From Laetmonice hystrix (lineage: Eukaryota), in assembly GCA_965235115.1 (NCBI GenBank), contig OZ249436.1:36148001-36212000 (forward strand): a stretch of 64,000 nt of DNA, in the 5' to 3' direction. Position numbers and translations under genes: made by a program. The notes beneath the pieces are model-generated. The model searched no databases and had not been told where the DNA came from. It saw nothing but the letters and a program-made list of their open reading frames with translations. This document shows, in pieces, positions 23,412 to 37,600 of this stretch (positions are counted from its first letter, which is position 1; each line of letters starts with the position of its first letter).

Positions 23412-25225
23412 CTGTATTTTTCTTTTGAAATGCACGGGCATCAGGGGTAACCCAATTACTTTGACAATGTCCCTAAAGAGAAAAGTTGTATAGTCCTCTA
23501 CAGGAATCGAACCCAGACCCTAAGATTACTGCACCCATTCGCATAGCATAAGGTGTCGACATCCATGCCCGCTAGGCCACCGCCACTCCCCTAAAAAAAG
23601 GAGCTTTGGTGGTCGAGCAGGACAATGGACCCTCCCCCCTACACACATCTTTTTTAAATGAGACGGAATCCATATTTTCCTAGTTAGAGCTACACATGAT
23701 TTCTACCGAACATTGACTGTTAAGGTAATCCTGGCACTGGCGTAGACTGTATTTTTCTTTTGAAATGCACGGGCATCAGGGGTAACCCAATTACTTTGAC
23801 AATGTCCCTAAAGAGAAAAGTTGTATAGTCCTCTACAGGAATCGAACCCAGACCCTAAGATTACTGCACCCATTCGCATAGCATAAGGTGTCAACATCCA
23901 TGCCCGCTAGGCCACCGCCACTCCCCTAAAAAAAGGAGCTTTGGTGGTCGAGCAGGACAATGGACCCTCCCCCCTACACACATCTTTTTTAAATGAGACG
24001 GAATCCATATTTTCCTAGTTAGAGCTACACATGATTTCTACCGAACATTGACTGTTAAGGTAATCCTGGCACTGGCGTAGACTGTATTTTTCTTTTGAAA
24101 TGCACGGGCATCAGGGGTAACCCAATTACTTTGACAATGTCCCTAAAGAGAAAAGTTGTATAGTCCTCTACAGGAATCGAACCCAGACCCTAAGATTACT
24201 GCACCCATTCGCATAGCATAAGGTGTCGACATCCATGCCCGCTAGGCCACCGCCACTCCCCTAAAAAAAGGAGCTTTGGTGGTCGAGCAGGACAATGGAC
24301 CCTCCCCCCTACACACATCTTTTTTAAATGAGACGGAATCCATATTTTCCTAGTTAGAGCTACACATGATTTCTACCGAACATTGACTGTTAAGGTAATC
24401 CTGGCACTGGCGTAGACTGTATTTTTCTTTTGAAATGCACGGGCATCAGGGGTAACCCAATTACTTTGACAATGTCCCTAAAGAGAAAAGTTGTATAGTC
24501 CTCTACAGGAATCGAACCCAGACCCTAAGATTACTGCACCCATTCGCATAGCATAAGGTGTCGACATCCATGCCCGCTAGGCCACCGCCACTCCCCTAAA
24601 AAAAGGAGCTTTGGTGGTCGAGCAGGACAATGGACCCTCCCCCCTACACACATCTTTTTTAAATGAGACGGAATCCATATTTTCCTAGTTAGAGCTACAC
24701 ATGATTTCTACCGAACATTGACTGTTAAGGTAATCCTGGCACTGGCGTAGACTGTATTTTTCTTTTGAAATGCACGGGCATCAGGGGTAACCCAATTACT
24801 TTGACAATGTCCCTAAAGAGAAAAGTTGTATAGTCCTCTACAGGAATCGAACCCAGACCCTAAGATTACTGCACCCATTCGCATAGCATAAGGTGTCGAC
24901 ATCCATGCCCGCTAGGCCACCGCCACTCCCCTAAAAAAAGGAGCTTTGGTGGTCGAGCAGGACAATGGACCCTCCCCCCTACACACATCTTTTTTAAATG
25001 AGACGGAATCCATATTTTCCTAGTTAGAGCTACACATGATTTCTACCGAACATTGACTGTTAAGGTAATCCTGGCACTGGCGTAGACTGTATTTTTCTTT
25101 TGAAATGCACGGGCATCAGGGGTAACCCAATTACTTTGACAATGTCCCTAAAGAGAAAAGTTGTATAGTCCTCTACAGGAATCGAACCCAGACCCTAAGA
25201 TTACTGCACCCATTCGCATAGCATA
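23412..25225. repeat. Tandem array, 335-bp unit x5.4, with a tRNA-like Pol III promoter on the minus strand
   Basis: Units start at 23412, 23747, 24082, 24417, 24752 and 25087 (partial). Copies are nearly identical (one substitution noticed at ~23893). Minus strand carries A-box TGGCCTAGCGGG and B-box GGGTTCGATTCC. Confidence 0.95.
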
Positions 25226-25639
25226 GGTCAGCTTTATAAATTGAGAGATTTTGCATTGTATTGATGTCATCATGATAATCATGAAAAATAAATGAAATTA
25301 TAAGGAATAAGGAGCCAAAGGAGAACATATTTTCTCTACCACCGTGTGGTCAGATAGTCAACCTTCACCCTCCCCGCTTCCTTTGCACATGAGTAGAGCT
25401 GGTTGTGGAGGTGGTCTGGATGTTGGAAGGGGTCCGAGTCCCAGCTGGCCACTAAGACCTCCATGAAGTGCATTATGCTCCATGGACGCTGGGGTAAAAA
25501 TGGATTCTCGACCACCAAGTAAGGGAGAAACACATCAATAACCCTATTCTGTTTGCTGTCCTAATCCAATGAGTGTGCCTGGTTTATTTTCTAACTATGT
25601 ACTATTATTGTTTGTGGCTCAGGTTCATTCTACTGGAGG

Positions 25640-28600
25640 ATGCCGGGGCTCAAAGTGCACGTGACATTGTCAGAGGCGCTGGAGGTGCGGGGCGGTCCCC
25701 TCCAGGAGGATGAGATATGGGGCGTCCTCTGTCAAGGAGCCCAGGCACTTCAGGATCTCTTCCTCACAGGTCAGTATGAACTCCCATACAATTAATTGTT
25801 CATTGAGTTGGTGTCATGAATCAGTTCCACATAGATGTTCTCTTAGTTTTAGTTTTACAGAGTAAAAGTAAACATGGACTAAGTAATCAGTTTGATGGTC
25901 ACAAGATGTCGTTTCTTTTTAATGAGGAACATGAGATCATGATTTTCTAATAAAGTTCACGTGATTAAATCAGTTTTTGCTAAACCCTTTTGCTAAAATA
26001 AGATTCAGTTGTTAGTACATGTACTATCTTGATGTTCGTAAGGGTGCCAGAATCTATAATCGTGAGAATAGAGTTAGGAGCAGCATGTTAACACATTGTA
26101 CACACCAGGACATGTTTGAACCTGGTTGGAGACCCATAATCCCAACTCCACTGTGGTCTGAAGGGTTAAAGATTGAAGGGTCAGGAAAGCTTAATGTAAG
26201 CCTCAGATGGTTTTCCCAGCATGACTGTAGAAATACAACAAAGACACCTCAGACATTAGATTGTTGCCGCCTGCATCTGATCATTATAAAGTAAACTATA
26301 ACCCACAATAGATTCCAAGTTGTATCTTACATGCCTGCCTAGAATCTAGGGAAATTGCCAAAAGCACCTTTTGCATGTATACTGGCCTTGTGGCAGATCT
26401 ACAGATGTGGAGGGCCAGTCACAATTAGGGCTAAAGTTAATTTTCCCCTAGATACTGTAGTCATTTCCAAATTTAAAACTGACTGTGTATGATTGGCATG
26501 TAAAATCCTGCCAGGTCTGTGAGTATCTGGAGCATCATGTAATGTTTTTGTGACATTCCTGCTGACTGTTGCTGACAGGTGAACTGAACAGTGAGGAAGG
26601 CCTGGGGTTTGCAATCTCACCAGACACGCTCATGTTATGTGCTGATGGACACGTGACCTTCGCAGAATCTTCCTTCGAGTCGGTCCGAAACAAGAATGTA
26701 GTGCCTCCCGAATTCTTCCCTGATACTCGTCCTTCAGATGCCATCCTTGAAAAGGTATTAGAAAGTTCACTTGTAAAAAAGGAAAATAATTATGAGTACC
26801 AGTACATTGTTTGACCGGTATGTGATTATTGGACATTTTGGTGTCCAGTTTTCATGGAACCATATCTGTAGGATATTGTTTTGTCATTATATGAGAACCT
26901 AAACATCAGAGTGCTTCAACCATAGTAGCAGGCTTGGTGTCGCAAAGATTTTTGCATTACATCTGGTAAATTCCTGATGTTTCTTCTATTGACCATTGCA
27001 GATGTTAGTGTTTGCTCTCGGGATGACATTGTATGAGGCAGCAGACTTCAAGCTCCCACACCATCAGGTTGGAATCTCTTTGTATTTATCAAGTTAGGAA
27101 TATGGTATATCTTCTAGGTAATGATTCAGCAAGTGATTTGACAAGAAATACTTTCTCTGCAGGGGAGAAAAAGAAGGAAAAATATAAATCATATCAAAGA
27201 AATAACAATTCTCAAGGGCATCCAGTGCCACAAAATGGTTTTAATGTGACTTTTTGTGATATTGTCCTTTTTCACCTTTTCTTATCCCATCCTGTTTTTA
27301 TGCCGTCTTCAGGGAAGGATAAGGAAAGTGAGACATAAGGTACACAAATATATGGTGGCAGATCTCAGTATCACTTTTTAGTGGGAAACATAAGGGAAAA
27401 GTGGTTATTGGGTAATTCCGTTACAGACTGTTCTTCCCCCCTTTACTTAAAGAATATATTTCAGTACTGGTGAATCGTCATTTTCGATAGGAGTATAACC
27501 AAAGAAAGGGCTTAAATCTTTCAGAGCATTAGGGTTATGTTATTTCCAAATAAATTTAGATACATGTAGAATCTTTTTATATTGAGGTTTGCTTTTTAAA
27601 AAACACTGCCTCCTAGCAAATTGCACATTTTTACACTTACTGAATAAATGATGTTTGATCTGCATGTGATATCCACGTTATCAACATCAGTTCACGATTT
27701 CTACCAGTAACTTACACTGAATTTTATCAAAGCAAGGAAGAATTTATTCATAAAAACATATACTTTTTCAGTGCTATCTAAAGAGAGATATACCTGGTAC
27801 TCACATCTCTTGTGACACAGCTCTCTTTTCATAAGCTCTTTCAGATAGGGAATCTCTTGACATGTTTGCAGCAGTTGATTTTCAAAAAAACTTTTTTTCT
27901 TTCAGTCTAGCTTGTAAAACACCTATGAAAACCATACACACTACTGCCAATGTACACTCAGTTTTAATTTTTGCACACCTACTTAAGGAAGTTTTGCCTA
28001 AAGGTTTGCTTTCATAGCCACCATAGATACCATATCTCACGTCATTATTTTAAAAAAAAATTTTTATTTGGACCCCAGCCTATATTTATTTGGCAACGCA
28101 GTACACAGCATGGATAGCATACAGATACAGATCACTATTTACAACCTACAATAATATGGCAGCCTTCAGTAGAATATTAACATGAAAATCACAGAGGCAT
28201 AATTTGACTGTTGGAGAAATATGGACACACATGTAAATCATTATATTTACCTATTCAAGAAATTCAGAATATTGGGTAATGATGATTCTTACCCTTTTAT
28301 TAATGCAAGATTTGCCCCTAAAGAAACTTATTTTTCATCTTTCACCACATACAGGAACTTTCTTTAAGTGCTGCTCTGGATGCCTTACTGAGTGGTATGT
28401 GTGAGGAGAGCACATCACTCCGCAGTTCTCTGGGACAGGTCCTCGAAAGCTGTGCCCATCATGCCCACACTGACCCGTACCATTTGCAAAACTCGCATCA
28501 TGTAACCAAGCTCTACAAACTAGTGTTAGGCAGTGAACAAATGGTAAGTATGGTAGTTGCTTAGAAATGATTCTAATTGTGAAGCTGTGCCAACAGACTG

Positions 28601-31600
28601 GATTTGAACGATTGTTAGATTTTATAAGAGTGCGCTATAAAAATTGATGGACAATTAAACAGGATCTCGTAGTTCAAGGAGGTATGGAATGGACGTAATG
28701 TTTTTATTTTATCTCTCAGATTGTCTTTCAGTGTTACCTTTAATAGGCTAATTCAGTTGATTAAACCTGTAAAAGTCTGTGCTGTAGAAAATGGTGGCCC
28801 AGATTATCAAGATGGTACTTAGGTCACTGAAGTAAATATTGCCAACTGCTTACAGCTGGATAGCTGGTATCAAGAATATAGCATTAGTGACATCAGAAGA
28901 AGAACAAGGTATAAGAAGTCGCCGCCGTGCAGTCGTAACAGCAGCCTTCACAGATCCAGGTCGAGGTCCAGATCTAGGAGCAGAAGTCGTACACGAGAAG
29001 ATGGAGGTAATTTCATCAAGTCAAGCAGTTACTTGCAATAATTTGTCTATTTTTGATTTTTCTTCTGACATGTTCTTTAAAATTAATAGTTTACTGGGAG
29101 AGATAAATGATGGCTATTTATTGAAGCATTCCCTCATCCCTCAGTTTACAGGTCCCGTCATGTGGAACGCCCTCTGCCCGTAGGCAGAGATCAACCTTTG
29201 GAACACCAAGATGGCCATGTTTCTCGCAGACAGCAGAGTTTCTTGAGCCAACGCAGTGGCGGAAGCAAACACAGCGAGAGGCACGACTCACAAGGTCCAA
29301 GTCGCCATAGCTCCCGTCAGAATCTGACAACACACTTGTATGATTCTTATATGACGATGCCTAAACAGATGCCAAGCCGACGTGTTCTAACAGAAGTTCA
29401 GCCAAGAGTTGCGTATGCTGCAGATGATGGCCACAGAGGAAAGTCAGCAGACCTAGGGAAAGCTCTGCAGATGACATATAACCGGCTTCGAGAGCGACGC
29501 AGAAAGCTTCAAGCTTTAAGATACGGATTAGAATTTGATGAGATGGATTACAGTGATGCAGGCTCCCTCCAGAGTGAAGTGACAGACTTCACAGACAAAA
29601 AGTCTGTGATGTCTGCCAACTCCTACACACATGGCATATACAGACCAGACTTGCTGTCCCATTATGGCTCCCAGGTTACTTTACAGATGGGCCAGCGAAA
29701 GGCTGAAGACATTGAGAGTGTTTTGAGCACAGATGTTGACCTACTTCGTAGACAGCAGCTGGAGATGGAAGCTGCAAGGTAAGGTATCCATTTTCAGTTA
29801 CAAGGTTTTTGATGTCATTTTCAAACCTGGACTGCTATTTGATGCATTCAGAAGAACACATGGAAAAAACTGTTGGATGAGTGTTCCTAAGTATCTATAA
29901 CAGTTTCTTTCCCAGTCTTTTGTGACATCAAGAAAGAAATAACAATTTTCAAAAATTAAGATTTATTGGATGCTTTTATTTGACTCAAGGCGAAAAAGAG
30001 GAGTGCAAACAGTTGACAGGCGCCAGCGTAGGTCTATGTCTGCAGATGGTCATCCATTACCTTCACCTCCTACGAAGGGAGGTGTGCAACGGACACGTCC
30101 AGCAGGCCAACCCCCACCCCCACCGCGGGCTCGCAGTAGACCTCGCAGCGTCTCTCCTAGAAGGTTTAGGGTGAGTTAAACTAACACTTCTTAGAATTTA
30201 CTCAGCAGTTTATATGTATCAAGTTTAGGATATTTTGTCACAGATCATCAAGTGAGTTTTGGGGATGGTTTCAGCTTTGATAAAGAAGAGCAAAGTTGTC
30301 CTGACGATTCATTGACCTGTATGACAAAATTCTTTCAGGAATTCTTTGGAGCAGAGTTTGTAGAGTTCAGCAGTCGACCACCAATAAATCTTGTCATTCC
30401 TCAGGCTCGGGTAAGTCTAAAATAAGTTCAGAGTGCTCATAAAGATAAATTTAGTGAAGAGGTTTTATCCATATAAACAAGGCAAAACTGTTTATTTAGA
30501 GTAACAGGGTGTGGTGATTATGCTAGTCACAAGGTTTACCAGGTTTATGTCAAGTTTTAGAAGAAAATATATCGCTTTCACAGCAGTGGGAATGTCATTA
30601 TCTGTTATAATTGTTTTGTAAAAATAACTGACTCGTCCTTTTTTATTAATTGCAGAATGTGAATCCATCCCATCTGCACCAGATAACCATCATACACCTC
30701 ACGGGACAACGTTTGAACGTTTCGTGTGACCCCAGTAACACTGGACGCCAGCTCTTTGAAACCATTGTATCCCATATGGCATTACCTGAACACTTCTTCT
30801 TTGGCATAACCTACGTCAAAGGTGAAGATTCAATTTTATGGCCTTGGACTAACCATACAAAGAACAAAATAGAAAGAACGAAGAACTGCAAAACGGGATC
30901 CATTTTAGACTTAGATTATAATGGTTATTGGATACAAATACAGTATTGCCTATTAATAGCATAGATCAGCTTAATAAGAAGAAAGTGGCATATTAGCATT
31001 ATATTGAAGATGGTGGAATGAAAAACTTCAATAAGCCAGTGTTGCATAACTTGCAGTTGACCTCGTCTTAACATCTTTTCAGGCTGGTCTTGTCTGATTG
31101 ACAGGACTGATTGGCTACTTGGCCATGATGATGCTTGTACGTCCACAAAAAGACTCTTTCTCTATACCATATTTTATTATTAGTTATGTTTTGAAATGAA
31201 ATGCAGTTAAAATTTTACTATTCCGGTATTAGCTCACCTCCTTGCTGTGGTCCCATTGTGACATTCACCAAGTTTCTCCTAGATTGGCTTATATTTATTT
31301 TTGCCATTTTGTGGCATTCAGCCTTTTACTCTCTTACATTATTTTCAGGTCTTTAGGTGAGCACTCGCTGTCCATTTTCAATTTATGATATCAATACACT
31401 TCATTGATCAGCCTAGCAAACCCGTACACATAACATATGCTTTCCCCAACCTAAAATGCTGTAGTTCACTTTGGGTCAAATTTCTATAGAAGTGATCAGG
31501 CCATCAATTTGCACATTCGTGGTAAAACTATTATCACAATTACATGCAAGAGTTGATCATGATAAGGAAATCGCTAAACGTGCGTGTTGAATAAAATGAA

Positions 31601-34600
31601 CCAGAAGATAAGTAAGATCAATTTTTAAAGATATAGAAAAAAATGTTTTTTCATGTCAGAAATAAGAAAATGATTATTGATTGAATTTTCTGATAAATTA
31701 TTTGTGGATTCGAATAGATGTAATCAGGAGCCTAGAATTACCCAGTAGTTTAACCTGTTTTTTTTCTCCTTGTCCTTAGATGTTGAACATTACTTCCTGG
31801 AGGATAACCAGAAACTGCACAAGGTAGCACCTCCAGGCTGGAAGGACCCAGGCAAAGGTCGAATAGCGGCAAACTTCACCATGTTCCTCCGCATCAAGTA
31901 TTATGTGGATAGTATTGCAACATTGAGGTAAGATATATGGCAGAGTAAACTGTTCACCATAGCTCGGATTTTTAATTGTATTTTATTTTAAGTTTTGACA
32001 TTTTTATTTATTTTAAGTTTTGACATGATATGAGTGTTAAAGCAAGTGTTCTTTGTTCTGGCAGACATCCACTGTCGCGTCACCTCTACTATCTCCAGTT
32101 ACGTCGTGACGTTCTCGAGGAGAAATGTCATGTCACAGAAGACCAGGCCATGAGCCTTGCTGCCATCGCGCTGCAGGCCGAGTATGACGACTACGATGCA
32201 AACGTTCACACTCGAACTTACTTTCAGCCTGATAATTACATCCCACAGCGTGTCATGCGACACGTGGGCTCAACATATGTCCGAGAGAACCTGCCCCCAC
32301 TGCACATGGAGCAGAGAGGGATTAGACAGGAGGAAGCTGAGTGGAAGTACATGAGGGAGCTTCAGAATGTGGCCGAGTATGGCATCCATTTCTACAAGGT
32401 TTTCAGGGTGAGTCAGCAATCCTCTTTGAGAAAGACGACTTCATTTACACAGCCGTAGGATGACCCGATCATATGTTGAAGGGAAAGTGAGGGTGTAAAC
32501 TCTACTGGTGCCCTGTCAAGAGTGTCCTTATAGGAATATCCATGGATAGCAGTTTGTGAATACTGACATATAGGTAATAAAGTATATCTGATGCTCTCTA
32601 CAATATCTAGTCTTATGGGTCCAAAAATCCTAAAGTAGAAGTTGTAAGGTAGAAGTTGTATGACATAGAAATGGTATGTAATATTGAGTGTTCTGTGTGA
32701 TTTTATTTGGCAGAGTAAGAAGAACACAGCAGTGCCATTGTGGATCGGGATAGGAATTCATGGAGTTCTGGTGGCTGAACAACGTGGCGAGCACCGTGAA
32801 CCACAACATCGTCATCCATGGCATTTCACACAGAAGATTTCGTTCAATCGCCGTAGATTCAGTATCACACCCAAGACAAATGTTGGGCCCCTCAAACTTA
32901 CCAAACTCAACTACTTCACTGACAGTCATCGCAAGTGAGTAATCAGTTTTTCAGATGGATTTATTTATGATAATCCAATTGTGCAAATCATAATGATAAT
33001 ATGATTTCATTTATAATATTTGAAAGAAATGTTCATGCAAAATCAAACCACTCTGAGGTAAATTAAATCCTGGTGTCTGTTGCTTATTTTGAAGGAGTTG
33101 AATTACAATATGTAGTGGACAGTTGGAAATCATAGTTGATATATTTTAATCCAGGGGGCGCTACCTACTTCAGTTTTGCACAACCCAACATCACTTCCAG
33201 ATGAGGATGAAAACCAGAATTAACGTGACAGATATGTTTGACCAAGGTACATTTTTGTACTTCTTTTTTTTAATTTAGAAACATATAATTGATGTAGATT
33301 GTCTCTCTTTATATGCAGTCTATTTATCTTTGGTGTCATAGCCAAATTTAGAAATGAATGTTTTGTGCATTGTTAAGACTTGCATACTATGAGTCTGAGA
33401 GTGAAACCACAGTTTTCCGGTGAACTGGCATTGAAAGTTATTCCCCAGTTTCATTTTGATATAAATGTTGTGACTGACAGAGTATCCAATGGAAGCTGGT
33501 GGGAACTCGGGACGTTTTGAACCAGGAGATTTCGACCCAGAGTTGGACATTGGTGGTCGTGACAACAATGCACCTTTCAGTGATGGTAGCTTTGATGAGT
33601 ACTCTGACGATGATCAACAGGTATGTTACAGCATTGTTAAGTTAGTATATTGATATGGTGTATTAAGATGGTAAGAGCAGAAGGTATGTTTGCTCATTTT
33701 CCACTTTAGGACCATCTGTTGAAGACCTGATTATTCTGTTCATTTATATAACATGATACAAATCATGTTCAGAAAGACTGTCTCATCTGCAGGCAGTCAT
33801 TGGCGAAAAGAGGGACAGATGCAAATGATAGCAGTAAAACACTTAAGATGAACTTCCAGGTTTCTGTCTCACCTAGTTGTGTTAAAATTAGGTAAAGAGA
33901 ATCATACAGTAATTTAGTTTTATATGGAAAACTTGGGAAGTAAATGTCGTGTCACATTTGCATTCCACTGTACAGATGGTAAGAAAGAAGAGGTCTGTAA
34001 ACCGGTCTTTACTTGCCTCTTATATTTCAAACTGTATTATTTGAAAACCCATTTACTGTTGTTTTTTTCCATTATGCAGCTTATCTTGTGTGATGTTGAG
34101 GTTATCATATCCTAATCACTGGCATTCTTTGATTTTAGTATTACTTAACTGAAAAACTGATGAACCTGATGTTCCAAAAATCACAATTTACTTTGAAGTG
34201 AATGCTGATCATAAAAAATTCAGCCATTTAAGAGTGCATTATTTTGAAAGGTTTTCTCTCAGTGCCAGCAGCCTTGTTTTGTTCCCACCTTTTTCAGCCT
34301 GATATTGTCAGCATAGTTTGAGTAAAACAGTTGTTTGTTAATTTTGAATTAGATAACACTGGTAGCCCATTAGTTTTGTGTCAAGCCACCTGTAGACTGG
34401 TGTGGTCATGAATTGTTTGTTTGGTGTGACAGATGGAGGAGCATCCCTACGAGAACATGAACAGGCCAGGTGGCCACCAACAAATAGTGCCCAAATCAAG
34501 GTCAGTTAAAAACCACACAGATTTCCGCATCTTTCCTTTTGTTTTTGGTCCACCTTTCTGTTTATGTAGCTTTGTGCAGATATGATCATGTCTGTACTGA

Positions 34601-37600
34601 CCTCAGAAAAAATGGTTAAAAATGGTAATATTACGTATATTACGGAATGTCTTTGGAAATGTGGTCAGAGATTCTCCACAATAATATTATAATCACAAAG
34701 GATCCATCTGGTCTTTCTTTTGTAATGACGTCTATTGTATGAGTGTTAAAAATTTGAGATGGAAACTTGTTTTAATGTTTTTAGATGTGATTTCAGGGCA
34801 GGACAAGGTGCCACAGATGGAGAATCTACTGGTACAGAACATCGTAGAGATGATGAGGCATTTGTCTTAGGTGCAAGTATAAGATCCCATGATGGAACAC
34901 TCTATGCGAACGAAGATGAAACTATCTCTGGTTAGTGTATTTGCTGCTAGTTTTTCCATTTTTTATTAAAGCTTATAAATGTGGGGAAAAAGGCAAGTTG
35001 TGGGTAAGCATTGTATGAAGGTGTTTACCTACCATTATTTAATTATGAATCATATACCTAGTGTTTTGGGAAGCAGATGAGTAAAAGATTTAAGATTTTA
35101 AAAGGAACATTTTAGCAAACGTTAACCTTAATTCTGATTTATCATTTTTAAGATTCTCTGGCAATCCGCTTTGAACACCTGCCAGATTCCCCCGAGAGGT
35201 GCATCACTATTGTGGAACTTGAGAAAGAACCAAAGCATGGCATCGGCCTGACTATTGTTGGTGGGGAGAACACGGGTAAGCTTGACCTCGGTGTCTTTGT
35301 GCGGTCTGTTGACCGAGATGGACCTGCCGCTCGCAGTGGGAGGGTTCATCCTGGCGACAGAATTATTGCCATTAACGGGCAGAGCCTGGAGGGAATGCCA
35401 CATCATGTGGCCGTCGACCTCATCCGTGCCTCACCATCGCTGGTACAGCTAGTCCTCTCCCAGAACAAGGCCACCACTACACAGGGTGACTACGACAGTG
35501 AAAACTCGCCAAACAACAGCGAGACAGCTGGGGAGGGGATGATGGCTGACCGCAGGATGAGAGGTAGCCAGAGTGGCAGCAGTCGCAATGGAAGTCTCAG
35601 CTCTAGGCGGATTGATGGCCAGGAGACTGTGATAGACGACCAGGCAGCAGCGGCACACTTTAATGACGGGTCGTCGGACAACAGCTCAGACCTAGAGTTG
35701 GAAGATGTTGTGCCTCCAGAGGCTCTCAAACCAGATTACCCTCGTCACCACATGTCATATTCACCTAACCGTCCACAAGGGGAGACACGGGGTAGTCGGA
35801 CTGGCACGCCAGGCAAGGCAGATGGGTGGGCCCCGACCAGCTCAGCACACCTTGATAGTCTGACCGTCCAGTCAACACAACAGGCAAACACAGGTCAGTA
35901 AACAAAATATTTTCTTTATACAGTCTCAATATGACATGGTCCATGTAACATTTATGTCCGTGATTTTTGTCAAGGTCTTTAGGGACCAGGGCCCCGTCTT
36001 ACTAAGCATCGTTATTAACGATATAGTTAACTGCTGGTAAAGTAGGCCGTCGTCAAGGCGACAACCAGACAACGTTACAACATTAGCGGCACCCCCTCCC
36101 CAGTCGTTAAGGGGAAGGAGCACCGAAGCAAATCAGACCACTGCGCAGGTTTACGCGCATAGTAGGCCTACAGTGGCGCCCCAGTGGCACAGACAAGAAC
36201 TAGCAGTCACAAATCAGAACAGTCCTATTGTCATCACTCAGATACTGTGACGTCACAATACTTTTAGAACTACTGAACAATAGGGCCTAATTTCTAACGT
36301 CACAATAGTAGCCGGCCTGTACCACTGCCACTGGCCACAGTGTGACCAGCCATGGGAGGGGGGGGGGGGTGATTTGGGGCCCTTTTCAACATAAAAGGTG
36401 GTCACAGGGACACGTTTACCTGAAATGACATAGATGTCTTAGTTTATTTTGATGAAAATGGTCATTATCTTTAATTATAGGCCAAAACTGTATAAATACA
36501 TTCACCACTAATTAGTTTGTAGGAGCAAAAAACCCGAATTTTGGGTAAAAATGGGTAAATTTCCTACAAAAAAGGGGTCCTACCAAAAAAAATACCCTGG
36601 AATGGTATATTTTTTTTTACTGATTTGATGAGAGTTGGTCATTGTCTTTAATTTTAGCCAAAAAAAATATAACATTTACTACCAGTTTTCTCCTGTTATT
36701 GAAAAAGGTGGGATTTTACGATGAAAAATATATGCAATCACCTCGGCAAAAATACAAAATCTGAAAAAAAAGAGTTTAATCGGGATATTTTTTAGTACAG
36801 TGTGGTAGGTATGTTACATTTCAGTCCTTCTAGGTAAAAAAAAATATACATTTGATATTATTTGATGTATTTCTTTTGCCTGAAACGAGACATGGAAGTG
36901 CGTCAGAATTTGCCATATTTTCAGGGAGGGGGCAGTTGAAAAACCCCCATACTACAAAAATTAGCATGGAAGCATATCATTTTTTTGGTGATTATGTGAT
37001 GCTTACATGGTAATAAATTGAAAAAACTCAAAAAATGTCAAAGTTTACTACTGAAATTTTACGGTCCTCCTTCCCCTTAAGTTAACTAGACCATTCCCTA
37101 TATGCTACGCTACTAACTAGACCTTAGTAAGACGGGTTTTAACCAGCTCTAGTTAATAACGATTAACTAGCTATAAGTTAACTAGATCGGGCTTAACGAT
37201 GTTTAGTAAGACGGGCCCCTGGTCGCCAATTAAAGTCAAAGCTAACAATCAGGGTTTTTGGTCTGTTCATAGAGGGTTCTGATGGATACATTTCGGATGT
37301 TGAGTTGGATGAAGTGTTGCGTGGAGGGAGGAAGCACCAGCTTTTCGTGGGCCAGTCTCTGTCACCGGCCTTCCCTCAGACAACTCCACTGGGTTCCCAG
37401 CAAAGCTCTCACCGCAGTCAGTCTGCGCCACACAGCCAACTTAAATCAGGCGACAAGTACGAGATGGTGCTGCAGAAGATGCACAGCAGCCTGGGACTCC
37501 ATGTAACGGTATGTAGGAGTGAAAAAAAATCTCTCCACACCTGTACTCCTTCATTACCATTTTAAGGACTTTTCTTGAGCGGTCCCAAAATTAAAAGAGA

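Noticed and set aside
23489..23591. Functional tRNA genes in the 335-bp array
   Set aside because: A- and B-boxes are present but there is no acceptor stem or canonical anticodon arm.
23745..23790. Hammerhead ribozyme on the minus strand of the 335-bp unit (CTGATG..GAAA..GTC)
   Set aside because: The core reads CTGATGC rather than CTGANGA, and stems I, II and III cannot be formed around these words.
26329..26426. H/ACA snoRNA (two hairpins followed by ACA) in a PTPN13 intron
   Set aside because: No ANANNA H-box between the hairpins, and the first stem is weak.
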